From Guillardia theta CCMP2712 (lineage: Eukaryota > Protista > Cryptophyta): a stretch of 64,000 bases of DNA. Of the stretch, positions 30,290 through 44,100 are shown in pieces. A program made the position numbers and the translations under genes. The notes beneath the pieces were generated by a model. It saw only the letters and a program-made list of their open reading frames with translations. It was not told the origin of the DNA and ran no database searches. The DNA lies in assembly GCF_000315625.1 (NCBI RefSeq), contig NW_005434605.1, positions 376,273 to 440,272 on the forward strand, given 5' to 3'. Every line of letters starts with the position of its first letter. Within the stretch, counting starts at the first letter, position 1.

Positions 30290-31809
30290 TCACGCAGCAA
30301 TCACGTATCTTGAGACTCCTTCTTTTGTGATACTCGATTCCAATACAAGCAGCGACAACGCACTCTCAATGCTGCGATGCCCTACAAAGCTACAGGAGGT
30401 CAAGGAAGCAAGTTTGATGTCGCAGGAGACGCACCGAAGCGACGGATGGTCCTGCACGCCTTGGATAATCTCGTGCAGGGCAATGGATAAGGGAGAGTCG
30501 AAGGAAGCAAGTTTCTACAAGAGGATGGTGAGCCGATGGCGAGGAGGCGAAAGCGTACCTTCAAGTACTGCAGGAGAGTCTTGGCGACTTCTTTGGTGGT
30601 CCCAACGTAGGTGTAAAGGTCCTGCTCTTGATCACAGAGTGCTATCCAACCCTGAGAGACTCGTAAGGTCTTGCAAGAAGAATTCAAACTGTCTACGTCT
30701 TTGCGCAGCCTTGCAATAGAGTGTGCCACTGAAGCACGAACTCGGAAAGCCTCGAAATTGGGAGAAGCTTTCGGCGGATTAAATCTGTACATCCAAGTGT
30801 TAACCTTGCTTGAAAGCTGCGACATCAAGCGCTGTACTGCAATGCAGAGGCTGCTCGAACAACTTCATGATCTTGGAGAACCCTCTCAAACGAGAAGATG
30901 CAGTTGTCACAGCTATAGCTTGACGCAAACTTCTTGATCGCTTCATCCAACTTCATAGCAGGAGTTTCCACCACAAGAAGAGCCTCTTCCATCTCGTCAC
31001 ACGCCGCAGAACGTTGCTGGCCGAGTTCGCTGGACGAGAATTTTCCCCGTTTGGACCTCACCTGAGGTTGCTCAAGATCTGTAGCAAGATCAGGAATTTC
31101 GTTGCAGAGAGTGTTTGCTTTGGAATAGTGATTCAGATGAAGGTCCACCATCTTCAATGGATTGTCAAGACTCGAAGTAGCAAGAAAGGACGTACCTTCA
31201 CCCAGAAGTACGACATCGCATCGACATTCTCTTCAATGGAGGCGAACCAGACAGAAAGCTGAACCTTATCAAAGAATCAGATTGAGCGCGTCAAGGACGT
31301 GTCCGCCCTTCCCCTCCCTTGCCAGGCTCCGCTCACCTCTCCTCGGTACTGAGAGAGCTTCCCTCCAACGTGCAGGTGCTTCCCCAACTTCACTCTACAA
31401 GACTATCACACGACAAGATGTCAGCTACACCTTACCCTTCATAGCCGAGCCCAGGCTTCATGGCGTCGGACTTCCAGAGGATGCAGGTGATGATGTCGCT
31501 CGAGTCATCGAGCTTGAACTCAACGAAGTTGTCGCGGTCCTTTACCGCCACCACATCTCCTAGCAGCCGAACTCTTGAAATCACTCGGTTTCTTCCCACC
31601 ACCATGATCCCCACCCCCTCGCTCCCTCTTCGTGCTGGCAGCTCTCCATCAGCAGCGCATACGAGCCCGTGCTTGGTCACCATGCGCGAGTAGGCGGAGT
31701 GGACCATGGAAGCCGTGACGGGCACCATTGTGTTCCACAAAGGGTCTGAACCCCAACTGTGTATCGGAGGGACCTCGTCCACACGCTGGTACATCCGAAG
31801 CCCGAGCAT
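30290..31809 (-). CDS. STN1: CST complex subunit STN1-like (OB fold plus C-terminal winged-helix region), multi-exon
   Basis: WGSDP..ISRVRLLGDVVAVKDRDNFVEFKLDDSSDIITCILWK resembles the STN1/RPA2 OB fold, with the WGxDP typical of STN1; last exon ends SRYVIAA-stop. Confidence 0.72.
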
Positions 31810-31961
31810 CGCTTCAAGGTTGCGGGTTGAGGTGCCAGGAGACACGAGGTCTCATTTCACCCCCTGCCTCTCCGTTCCATCTCCACGTTCATCAAGGCGC
31901 GTGAGTGCTCAATGAACCGTGCTCTCCTCCTCCTGCCATCTTCTTCCTCTCCCCTCCCTCC

Positions 31962-32104
31962 CTCACTCACTCCCTCCCTCACTCACTCACTCACTCACTC
32001 ACTCTTTCCCTCACTCCCTCCCTCCCTCACTCACTCACTCACTCACTCACTCACTCACTCACTCACTCACTCACTCACTCACTCACTCACTCACTCACTC
32101 ACTC
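31962..32104 (+). repeat. (CACT)n/(CCCT)n tetranucleotide repeat in the divergent STN1-VPS41 intergenic region
   Basis: Read directly. Confidence 0.93.
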
Positions 32105-32172
32105 GCACTCCGCCTACCCACTTACGCGATCCCATTTCTCTCCTGGCGGTACCATTGCAGATGAAACGTTCT

Positions 32173-32207
32173 GTAACGTTGAAAGTGTGTGTAACGATTT
32201 CTAACGG
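32173..32207. promoter_or_regulatory. Cluster of GTAACG/TAACGG motifs, putative promoter element
   Basis: GTAACG at 32173 and 32191 and CTAACGG at 32201, just upstream of the VPS41 ATG; similar clusters precede other genes. Confidence 0.45.
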
Positions 32208-32224
32208 TCGCTGATCTGGTGGCA

Positions 32225-35200
32225 ATGTCGGATCAGGAGCGATCACGAAACGGTGACCAGGGGGAGGAGATGGAGGAGGGGGAGGAGAAGGAGGAGGGGG
32301 AGAAGAAGGAGGAGGGGGAGAGGGACAAGGATGAGGAAGAAGCAGAGCAGGAGGAGGAGGTCACAGGAGGAGAGAAGAAAGATACAGACGCCGACAGAGA
32401 GAAAGGAGAGGCGGAAACAGGACCTGTTGCGGCAGGCGAGAATTCGAACATGGCGGAGAGTGATCGGGATGAAGAAGGAGAGGTCAAAGGTGACGAGGAA
32501 GACGACAAGGTAAGAGGGATGGCAGCTCGAACTCGCTGTCCATGATTGCTCCTTGATGATGTTGACATTAAACCTGTCTTACTTGATCCGATAGAGAGAT
32601 TATCCTGGGGAGCCACACGACGTGAACTTGAAGGTGATGGCAGTCAGACTCTGCTCGAAGCTGAGCCAAAGATTGCAGCCGGAAGAGAATCAGAGCCAAG
32701 CTCGTGCTACGGAGGATCAAAATAATGCAGCAGGAACTGAGAAGTGTGAGGAGGAGGACGAGGACGAGGAGGAGGACGAGGACGAGGAAGGCGACGAGGA
32801 TGAAGATGATCAAGAAGACGGAGACAGCTTGGGGGGTGATGACGAAGATGATGATGAAGAGGAAGAGGAACCCCGTCTAAAGTACCAGCGGCTTGGGAAC
32901 AGCGTTTCTGATATCTTGAAACGAGAATCTGCAAGTGCCGTTCGCTTGCATGACAAGTTCTTGGCGCTGGGGACAGCAGAAGGATGGATCTACATCTTGG
33001 ACTTCGATGGCAATGAGATTCGGCGGTTCGGAGCACACACGGCGGTAGTGAACGACTTGAGGTGAGGCTAGGGTTAGCTGAGCAAGAACAATGACGTCAT
33101 CCTCCCTTGCAGCATCGACCGCGCTGGAGAATTCATTGCAAGCTGCTCTGATGATGGGACGGTGAGAGCAAGAAGCTGATGCTGGAGGAGGAGGAGGAGG
33201 AGGAGGAGGAGGAGGAGGTGAGACCCGTGCCTGACCTGCCTCCTCAGGTCGTCATCAACGGGCTCTTCAGTGCAGAATGTGAAAGCTTCACTTACCAGCG
33301 GCCCGTGAAGTCCCTTGCACTCGACGCCAAGTTTTCGAGAAAGGGGAATCGTCACTTTGCCAGCGGCGGTCTGGCGGGACAGGTAGAAGGAGACAGGGAG
33401 GTCCTGCCAGTCGTTGACGTGAGCGGGTCAGCTGCTGCTCAACGAGAAGGGATGGTTCACGAGCAAAGACAAGGTCATCCATGCTGGTGAAGGACCAGGT
33501 TCCTCCCCTTGCCCTCTGCTCGAGACCTGCTGACTTCTACTTGTAGTCTACTCGATCGCTTGGGCAGACTCGCTTATCGCATGGACCAACGACGTCGGTG
33601 TGAAGGTGAGGAGGAGGAGGAGGACACAGGGAAGGAGTTGATGGATTGCGACAGATCTTCGATAACGCGACCAATCAAAGGATCACCTACATCGACAGGT
33701 CTGACCCTCCCTTGCTTCTCGTCGCTGCCTCACGCAGTCGCAAGACCCAAGGGATCTCTTCGACCGGATGCGATGAAGTGCCACCTCTGCTGGGAGACTA
33801 ACAACACCCTCCTCATCGGCTGGGCGGATTTCGTCAAGATCGCTCAGGTGCGGGTGCCTTCCGTCCCCTTGAAGACCTGAGGCGGAGGCGCTCAGGTCAA
33901 AGAGCGACCAGCTCGCGACGGCATGCAGGCGGCCAAGTACGTCGAGATCATCGCGTTCTTCCATACCGGTGAGCCTGCGACTCGTCGGGGAGGCTGAACT
34001 GAAGCAACGACGTTGATGGACCTGGTGATGACGCGCCTCTGGTTCAGATTACTTCATCAGCGGACTCGCTCCCATGGGTGAGAACCTGGTGATCCTCGCG
34101 TACATCACGGAGGAGGAAGGGAAGTCGAAGGGGCAGGTGAAGGATGGGAGGAGAGGGAGGAGGAGGATGAGACTTGTCGCAAGGCTGAAAGACCCGAGCT
34201 GCGTATCGTGACAAGGAACAACGACGAGGTGCTTGCTTGCTTGCGATCTACATGATGCATCCTCGCCTGTTGGTGCGAGAGAGATGATGATCTACGAGTG
34301 CAGCTGTCGTCAGACGCGCTCTCCATGCACGGATTCGAGAAACTGACAGCAAAAGATTATCACCTGGCGTTCTTGGAATCAGATTCAGTTTTCTTCATCG
34401 TCTCCCCACGGTCTGAACTCGCTGACATGCGACGGCCACTGATGCTGCTGGCCTGTAGAGACATCGTGGTGGCGCGACAGCGAGACTTCGACGATCACGT
34501 CACATGGTTGCTCGATCGGAAGCTCTTCGAACAGGCGGTCACTGAAGCTGAGGAGAAGGTGAGGAGGGAGAGGGAGGAGGGAGAGGGAGGAGGGAGAGGG
34601 AGGAGGGTTTTTTGCTAGACTTGTCTGCTCATTTCATAATGCGCAGGCGAGTGTGTTGAAGCGACACAAGCTCCAAGACATCGGGGAGAAATATCTCGGT
34701 CAACTTATTGAGGCTCGAGAGTTCCAAAAAGCTGCTTCGCTCTGTCCCCGGTGAGGAGCAGGAGCAGGAGCAAGAAGAGAAGGAGCAGGAGAAGAAACAG
34801 GAGCAGGAGCAGGAGCAGGAGCAGGGGATTGGAGCTGACAAGGAGCTGGCAGTTTGTTGAGGGACAACGGCTCGCTATGGCACAAGTGGGTGGACGTCTT
34901 CTGCAAGATCCACCAGCACGCCGTCATCACCCCGTTTGTGCCTCTGAGAAGCCCCCAGCTCCACGTGCCTTCTGCCCCCCTCTCCTCCCCTCCTGACCTC
35001 GCGCCTTCAGATGGAGAGCTACACGACTATCCTGATGTGCTTCCTCGAGGCCGACCCTCCCGCCCTCCTGCAACTCCTACGTGACCCTCTCGATCTGCTG
35101 GGAGGCTCCTGACGCCATGGCAGACGAGTGGCCGCACTCGCTCTACGACGTGCAGAAGATGATCGACGCGGTCAAGGCGAGGGTGGCGAAGATGCCGGAA

Positions 35201-37417
35201 GATGGGTGAGGGGAGAAGAGGGGAGCAGAGGAGGGCAGGCAGGCAGTAGGGGGGAGGTGAGGGAGACAGGAGGAGAGGTGACCTGAATCGACAGGACGCT
35301 GCTACAATCCCTGGCTCGTCTGTCAGTCAGTGCGGGCAAGTACAACGAGGCTCTGGACATCTTCCTCAGACTGCGATGTTCAGAGGTCCACTCCTTCCTC
35401 GCATCCTCAACCCTCAGTCTTCTCTCTTCCTCTCCTGCTCCCCCTCCTCCCACGCTCACGTCGAATACGAGCAGGAGGCGTTCGACCTCATCGAGAAGTT
35501 CGACCTCTACTCGTTCGTCAAGGGGAAAGTTGCCTCCCTCGCCAAGTTCGACGAGGATCGGGCGGTCAAGATGCTCGTCGGGTGTCCCGATCAGATTTCT
35601 CCCTCCTACGTGGTGGAGCAGGTGAAGCTGAAGGCCTACGGAGAGGCGGAGCTGACGAGCAGCAGCTGCGGGACAAGAGGAGCACCCTCCACGCCTACCT
35701 CGACGCTCTCTTCGACAAGGACCCTCGCGCTGGCGCAAACTTCCATGAGCTGCAGGTTGATGCTCCTCGCTCTTCCCTTCCTCCCGCCTCCTTGTGTTGC
35801 GCTTCCTCGGCCCTCCCCATCTCCTTCCTCCTCATACGCTCTCGATGCTCCCTGACCTCCCGCACCGCGTTGAGTCTCCTCCTCGTCCTGAGCCTCGGGT
35901 CTACAGATCGAGCTGTACGCAGACTTCGACAAGTCGAAGCTCCTCTCCTTCTTGTCTCAGAGCAACAACTATCGGTCTCCTCCTCTCCTCCTCTTCCTCT
36001 CTCACCCGGTCCCAACAGCTTGGAGAACGCCCTCAAGCTCTGTGAGAACAGAAAGCTCTACCCGGAGATGGTCTTCGTGCTCGGTCGGATGGGCAACACT
36101 CAACAGGTGAACATCTCTCCTCTCCTCTCGCTCCGTTTTCTTGCTTCAAGCTGCTCTCCTCTTATCAGCTTTGTCCCTCCCCTCTTTCACCTGCGTGTTG
36201 CTGGCTCCCTCTCCTTTACTCTCTCCTCCTCTCTCGTCGTTTCAGCTTCAGCTTGCAGGCTTTGCGGCTGCTGCTCGAGCAGATGCAGGACGTTCCCAAG
36301 GCGATCGAATTTTGCCAAGCGCAGGTGAAGGAGGAGGGGAAGGAAGGGAGAGGAAGTCACGGGTGGTGAACCGAGGGAATGTCGAAGTTGGATTGGGATG
36401 GAAAAAAAGGGAAAACCGAGGGAAGGGNNNNNNNNNNNNNNNNNNNNNNNNNNNNNNNNNNNNNNNNNNNNNNNNNNNNNNNNNNNNNNNNNNNNNNNNN
36501 NNNNNNNNNNNNNNNNNNNNNNNNNNNNNNNNNNNNNNNNNNNNNNNNNNNNNNNNNNNNNNNNNNNNNNNNNNNNNNNNNNNNNNNNNNNNNNNNNNNN
36601 NNNNCGCCGCCGCCGCCGCCGACCACCACCACCGCCGCAGCAGCAGCAGCAGCAGACGACGACGACGACCTACAACGACCACCACCCCCCTCCTCCTCCT
36701 CCTCCTCCTCCTCCTCCTCCTCCTCCTCCTCCTCCTCCTCCTCCTCCTCCTCCTCCTCCTCCTCCTCCTCCTCCTCCTCCTCCTCCTCCTCCTCCTCCTC
36801 CTCCTCCTCCTACAGATGTCATTGCGTGAGGGCTGCGAGCGTATCTTACGGTCAGATGTTGTTCTCTTGGAGAGGCGGCTCAACAAGGTGAAGTTTGAGG
36901 AGGAGGAGGAGGAGGAGGAAAGTATCATATCGTGCTTTCTAACTTGCTTGCAGGCTCAGAGGAGGGCGACGAGGATCGACGGGAGGGTGAGTATGAGCAG
37001 GAGGGAGGAGCGGGTTACAGACTTGGTTGCCTGACATCGCCCTCTCCCTCTGCTGCTGCAGACGCGATGCTGTTTGACAGGAGCGTCGCTGACGGGAGAT
37101 GCGAGCGGGAGGTGCTCGCTGACGTCTCGTCGCTTGACCTCCTCAGCTCCATGTACGCAGGATCTTGTGGCCATACCCGGACCTGGTCGTCTTTCATGGC
37201 GGGAGAGTCTTCCAGGCACGGCTGCTCGCGCGTCGCTTCTGCTGATGCAGCCGCAGGAGGCAGCGCTGATCGATCACTGCTCGGACCCTCTCAACATGCA
37301 GGCGCTCATGGGCGCCGGTCCTGCACCCTCGCAGCCTGTGACGTGCTGACCCTCTCGCAGGCAAGAGCGGGAAGCTACAGGAGGGGGCGAGTGGAGGAGG
37401 TCAAGCGCCAGGGGTGA
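32225..37417 (+). CDS. VPS41: HOPS complex subunit VPS41, roughly 25-30 introns, spans a gap
   Basis: Acidic N-terminus then EEPRLKYQRL..HDKFLALGT..GWIYILD, ASCSDDG, LLIGWAD, DIVVARQRDFDDHVTWLL, LHAYLDALF and LYPEMVFVLGRMGN. 3' end approximate. Confidence 0.9.
36428..36604. other. Assembly gap inside VPS41
   Basis: N run. Confidence 0.99.
36689..36811 (+). repeat. (CCT)n repeat directly before a 3' splice site
   Basis: About 40 CCT units followed by ACAG/ATGTCA. Confidence 0.92.
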
Positions 37418-38159
37418 AGGGGACGGGGACTGGAGGAGATGGAGCAGCAGCAGCGAGGATTATCTTTCAGAAGGGCTTTCAGATCAAAGACAAGAGTCTG
37501 TACAAAGATGGCATGTTGCATGGAAGGGATTGGTGATCTAACTCTTGCGATTCATGAAAGATACAAGAACAAAGACTGCTCCTTCCTCTTTCTCCTCCTC
37601 ATCCCTCCTCGTTCTTCTCCTCCCTCCCTCCTCGTTCTTCTCCTCCCTCCCTCCTCGTTCTTCTCCTCCCTCCCTCCTCTCTTCTTCCTCCCTCGCGCTC
37701 CTTTCCTGTTCCCTCAGCTTCTCCCCTGCCACTGCCACATCCTACCCGCCATGCGGCTGTTGATCCGTTTGCTCACAAGCTTCCCCGACTCTCCTAGCAG
37801 TGCCCCCTATTGAAAATTACTTAGAGTCTGACTCGAGAAAATGCTCCGGTAGAGGGCACCCTTGATAGCTACCACCTTTGACAAGGAACTGCCATGGCGC
37901 AGGGTCGGGAGGAGGAAGAGGGCAGGAGGGGGGGAGGGGAGGAGGGGAGGAGGGGAGGAGGACGAGGACGATTGAGAAGAGCAGAGGTGCTGATGAGGGA
38001 GGGAGGGAGGGGGAGCACATGAGGAGAGGAGAGTAAGGAACGAGAGGCAGAGGGGAGGAAAGACGAGAAGGTTGTAGAGCGGGACGATGGGAATTAACGC
38101 CATGAGGAGGAGGAATGGCAGAAGATTGAGTTGAGCAGCGATCGCTGTCATCAGCTAGG

Positions 38160-41100
38160 ATGGAGGATGATTCTCTCAACGGAGTCGAAGAGGAGGAGGA
38201 CCAAAACAATGACAGCATGCAGCCCCCTGCTCCCCCGCACGACGAGACCGACACGGTTATCGCGGGCTCCTTGCTGTGGTTCCGCGGTCGCGTGCAGTCG
38301 ATGCTGCGTCTTCGATCGGACAAGGTGGACAACCTCTTCGACAGGGCTCACTCCAAGCGCGTCTTCCTCGACTTCATCCGCGAGCCAGCGAGGCGACGGC
38401 TCATGGTATGGCCGGACGTACAAGATGAGCTGAGCGTGGGGTACGAGCTGCCGCCAGGCAACCAGCGCAAGTCCATCTTCTTCCTGAAGCAGCGGAGCTT
38501 CCGGGTAGAGGAGGACGGGAGCCTGTCGGGGATCATGATCGGCGACCTGCCTGCGGACGTACTGGAGCATCTTTCAGTGATCTCGCACGAGGTGCTCTAT
38601 CCCATCCTGGTGGCTGGGCGAGGGAAGGAGTCGGAGTCACTGAGCAAGGAGATTCTCGACGTCTTCCACAAGTTCCTCTCCCAAGTCTTCCTCACCGTCG
38701 GGCAGACGCAGGGGAAGACGCTGCTGCCGCTCCCCCCGCGAGACCCGAACCAGAAGGACGTGTCGGAGCAGAGAATCGTCAAGGATAAAGAGAGGGTCCA
38801 CGTGCTGGAAAGCTGTGTGGTTACCTGGACGCAGCAGATCAGAAATGTGCTCAGGCACGAGCCTCCGACGTTCATCATCCCCGGGGAGAGCACCACAGGC
38901 TCCTCCTCCGAGTTCGCCTACTGGAGGAACCGAGCCAAGGACCTGACGTCGATCAACGAGCAGCTGTGCAGCAGCAAGGTGCAGAAGGTGCTGCAGGTGC
39001 TGGAGGTCACCAAGAGCACGTACGAGAAGCCCTTCCAGAAGCTCGTCAAGGAGGTGACGCTCGCCAAGCAGGAGGCCTGCAACATCGACCTCCACCTGAA
39101 GCCGCTGGAGAAGCTGCTCGCCGAGTATCGAGACACTCCCTTCACAGACATCGGTCGCATGTTCGCGCCCGTCATGCTCGCGCTCTCGCTCATCTACGCG
39201 CGTCCGACTCAGTTCGCCAACCCCGTGAGGCTGCAGAGCATCCTGGAGAAGATCTTCAACGACGTGATCTGCGCGGCCCTCAAGTTCGTCAATGGATCTC
39301 AAGTCTTCTCGTCCGATCCTGACGAGATGGAGAGTCGGCTCAACGAGACCATCGCCATCTTCGGGCAGCTGAGGCGAACCTACCTCGAGTACAAGGCGCG
39401 ATCAGAGCAGTCCAAGGTGCCATGGGCCCTGCAGGACGAGCTTGTGTTCAACCTACCCGACCAGTTCGTGGAGCGATGCTACGACATGATCGACCTCGTG
39501 CAGATGACCTCGCGGTTCTCAACCCTCAAGTCTGTTCAAGTTGGCGGTGAGATGCGCATCTCGCGATCCATCGACCAGATCACCGCAGAGTTCCACGAGG
39601 CGCTCAAGCACGTGCAGGACACGGGGTACGACCTGCTCGACATCTCGGCGAGGAAATACGACGACGATTTCTTCGAGTTCAGGCGGATCATCCGAGACTG
39701 CGAGAGGCGGTTGGGCTCGCTGATCGCAGAGAGGATGGAGGAGATTCACACGCTCTCCGCCTCCTTCAGCTTCCTTGCCTGCTTCGAGGGCATGCTCGAC
39801 CGCAAGATCATCCAGGACAGCCTGGGCGAGCGAGAGCTGAGCTTGCTGCGAGCCTTGCAGGAGGAGGTGGAAAACGTGCAGGAGGCGTTCACTGGGGGCA
39901 AGGAGAACCTCCCTTTCTACTACAACATGCCCCCTCACGCCAGCCGCGTCCTCTGGAGTCGCTCCCTCAGCGATCGGCTACGAGGGCCCATGGAGTGTGC
40001 AAAACGGATGATAAGGAACGCGATGACGTCAGAGGCAGGGCAGGAGACTCTGAGGAGGTACGATGAGCTACTGGAGGAGCTCAAGGGCTTCGAGGAGGAG
40101 GAGATCAGGGCGTGGCTGGAGGGCATCGACTACAAGTTTGGGGAGAAGATGAAGCAGTCGCTGCTGATCCGCGAGATCGGATCGAAGCGACTCAGAGTGA
40201 ACTTCGACGCAGGTGTCTGGGCCCTGCTGCGGGAGACAAAGTACCTCAGCCTGTGCGAGGTTGAGATCCCCGAGATGATCCGCGGGCTCTTTCAACGAGC
40301 TGAAATCTACCAGCAGCACGCGCGGAACCTGGAGATCATCGTGAACGACTACAACGTGCTGCTGTCCTCCATGGCAGAGGTAGAGGCTCCCCTCATGTCG
40401 CAGAAGATGGAGCTGGTGGACGAGGCGCTGGAGGAAGGGATCGAGCACCTCAACTGGAGGAACCACTCCATCTCCTCCTTCCTCAAGAAGACCACCTCCT
40501 ACATCACAGATGCGGCGGCGCTGCTGAAGCTGCTGCAGAAGAACGTGAACAAGGTCTGCAAGCTGCTGCAGGGCTGGTCCAACAGCAGCCTGCACTCGGT
40601 GAGGAAGAAGACTCTGGGAGCCGAGGAGTACCTCCAGTTCTACCAGCATGCGCTGGAGAGCCGTTACAACGGATTCCGAGAGGAGAGCCGGCAGATCCAT
40701 GCGCTCATCGCTGAGATCCACCTGGCACTAGAGTTGAGCAGGGGAGACCCAGGCTGGAAGCACTACGTGACGCACGTGAACCAAGTGATCGTGGAGACGC
40801 TGAGAGCTGCAGTGCTCGACTCGCTCGACAGCATCGTCAACATGCTCGACCCCTCCAAGAGGAAGGACTCCCTCCCTCCCATCGTCGAGATCCGGCTGGA
40901 GCTCATCGCCCCTGACGTGTTCTTCAACCCGGACATCGGATCCAACATCTCAGGCACAGGACTCGAGGACTTGCTCGAGCGCTGGATCGCCTCCTCTCTC
41001 GACGTCACTCACGTCCTGCAGAGGATCGACGGCAGTGACAGCACCTACTACAACGACGTGGTCGTCAGCTCCGAGGTGCAAGGAAGGATGGCGGAGATTC

Positions 41101-44100
41101 GGAGCCTGGCGGCGGGAGTGTTCAGGTCGCTCAAGGATCTCAAGTCTCGCTTCGAGGAGTTCTCCTCCTTCTGGCTCCAGGAGCCTCTCGACCAGTTCGC
41201 CGTCTTCCTCAACGACATCAGGAACTCGAACCTCAGCGCCGAGGAGGAGCTCACCAACTTCGAGGATCAGATCCGCGTGCTCAAGGAGACCGAGGGCAGG
41301 ATCAAGCTGCTGAGCAACAGAGAGACGCACGTGTGGGTAAGCGTCGACGCGAAGCCGATGAAGCAGGCGCTCTTCACGGTGCTGTCCAAGTGGACCTTCA
41401 CCTATACCAACCACCTGGTGCAGAAGCTGCTGGTCGAGACCGACGAGATGCAGGGCTTCCTCGCTCGCGCCTCCTCCAAGCTCCGCGCGTTTGCGGAGGA
41501 GGTGGACGAGTCGTCGCTGAAGGAGATCATGACGCTGATCAGCGACGTGAGGAGAATGTCGGCCAAGTTCGAGGACCTGCACAGCCCGTGGGTCTCCTCC
41601 ATCTCCATCCTCAAGAGCTACAACGTCGAGGTGCCGCAGTGGGTGCACGAGCATGTCAGCTCGTCGGGAGCTCAGTGGTCGCAGCTGAAGAAGCTCATGT
41701 ACCAGTGCCGTACGATGCTGGAAGACAACTGTCTCCGTGAGCAGGCGAGCGAAGCCTCCCCTTGTCCTGCTTGCTTCACCCTCTCCTCTCCTCCTTTCAC
41801 CTCCTTCTCGCTGATCCGCTGCCTCAGGTCCGGCTCAAGGAGGTCAGCAGCAACTTTGCAGCGCGAGCAAGCTCCTACCGCTTGTGGTTCGAGTCTCATA
41901 TGCCCTTCACTAACTCCTTCGACAGCGACTTCGCATACAGCATGATCGACGCGCAGCATCGAGGACTCGCTGCTTCCCCCAGACCCGCACGAGATCGCAC
42001 GGGGAGCGAGGGGGCGGTGACCTTCAGCCTGCCGTCGAGCTCGCACGAGAGAAGCTCGGTGCCGTCACTGGCGCAGATGCTGGAGGAGCTGAAAGAGCTC
42101 AACGTGGAGGAGGAGATCTTCGACCTCCCGCTGACCTTCCATGAGGGTCTGCTCGAGTGCAGGGAGGAGGTTGGGATTCTCAAGCACCTCTGGGACCTCG
42201 CCTCGCTCCTCCACTTCGCCTTTGCGCACTGGCATGAGATCGCGTGGGTCGGGGTAAACCTGGAGGAGGTGGCGGAGGAGATGAGGGGGGTGTGGCGAGT
42301 GATCCGAGAGGTTCCCAAAGAGGTGGGCATGAGCGAGTACAAGCAGGGCGTGTTCCAGCAGTGGCCCCTCTACTCCTACATGAACGAGCGCATGGCAAAC
42401 GCGTTGCAGGCGGTGGAGCTGATGAAGCAGCTGCAGGCGTCCAACATCCGGCAGAGGCACTGGAAGCAGCTCATCCGGGTGACCGGGTCGAACCTCATCT
42501 CGGAGATAGACATCAACCTGCGCGAGATGTTCTCCTTGAACCTCGTCCAGCACGCCCGCGAGGTCGAGGAGCTCGTGCGAGGAGCGGAGAAGGAGAGCGA
42601 GATCGAAGCTCAGCTCGCGAAGTTGGAGAAGGAGTGGTCCCAGCTGGAGCTGGCCTTCCAACGCGAGGAAGGAAAAGTCTTCCTCCTCCCCCCCGACAGC
42701 GTGCTCTCCCTCCTGCACGAGTCTCTCATCGAGGTTCAGCTCCTCAGCTTCAATGTCTACGTGGTCAGGAACGCCTCCTTCTCCGACCAGGTCGCCACCC
42801 TCCAGCACCAGCTCGGCACCACAGAGTCGCTTCTCAACTTGTGGCTGCACGCGCAGCACAGACACTCGACGCTCGAGGCTCTCTTCGCCACCCGCGCGGC
42901 CGCCAAGGGATGCGCGGACAAGGCTGCGGACTTCGAGGCGATCGACCAGTCATGGCAGACGATGATGGCGCAGGCAGCCGCCATGCCCAACGTGGTGGAG
43001 ACATGTACGAGCGAGGAGCGCTTCAAGCAGATCAAAGCCATTCACAGCAAGCTCGAGGAGATCGAAGCGGCGATGAGAGGCTTCCTGGAGCAGGCGCGGG
43101 ATCAGTTTCCTCGCCTCCACCTGCTCTCAGACGAGCAGCTACTGATGCTGATGAGCTTCGAGGGTCAGCCTAAGGAGACGATGGAGTACCTTCGCTTCCT
43201 CTTCCCCGGGGTGCATGAGCTGGGCATCGACTTTCAGGACGGGGGAGAGGCTCAGGTCTTCACGTCGGTGAGGGACAAGAAGGGCGGGAGAGTCAGCCTC
43301 ACTCCTGTGCGGTGCGATGGGACCATCCTGGATTGGATCAAGGAGCTTGACAGTAAGACGACCGAGTCGATGCGACGCCAACTGTCGGAACTCATGCGGG
43401 CGACGCTCGAGTCGAGCGAGTCGCTGGCGAGCGGAGCTCATGTCCAGCTGGCGCTGGTCTGCCTCTCCATCGATAAGAGCGCGAAGATCGACGGGCTGCT
43501 GCAGGAGATGCTCACGGCAGCTGGAGAGCAGGTGAGGAGCTTCAAAGACGCTCAGAGGGCAGAGGTGGACGCCTGGACATCCCAGCTGAGGGACAACCAA
43601 GTGCACGAGCTGGAGCGCGACCGGCTCTCGATGCTCCTCCTCGCCGCCCTCGACTGGATGCACCTGATGGAGCTGCTCGAGACGATCCCGTCCTGCAACC
43701 CCAGCAGCTTCGAGTGGAAGATGCAAGTCCGGTACCGGATGGTGGAGGACTCGTGCGAGGTGCTGGTGGGCGATCGAAGCCTGGGGTATGGATACAGCTT
43801 CATCGGACACAACCTGAGCTGTACGCTGAAAACCCCTGCCTCTCGTCCCGCCTTCTACTCTCTCATCCGCAACTTCAGCGAAGGAGCAGCAAGCCTTGTG
43901 ACAGACGTCAGGCAGGAGAAGCTGCAGACGGTGACGTCCATCGCTCACTCTCTAGGCGTCTTCCTCCTCCTTCACCGAGGAGGAGGGCTGACGACCGACA
44001 GAGACTTTTTGCTCAAGGAGCTCATGGGGGTCGCGAGTGCAGGCGGCTGGTACGTCATCACCAACCTTTGGGCTCTGCCCCCCAACGTGCTCGCCATCGT

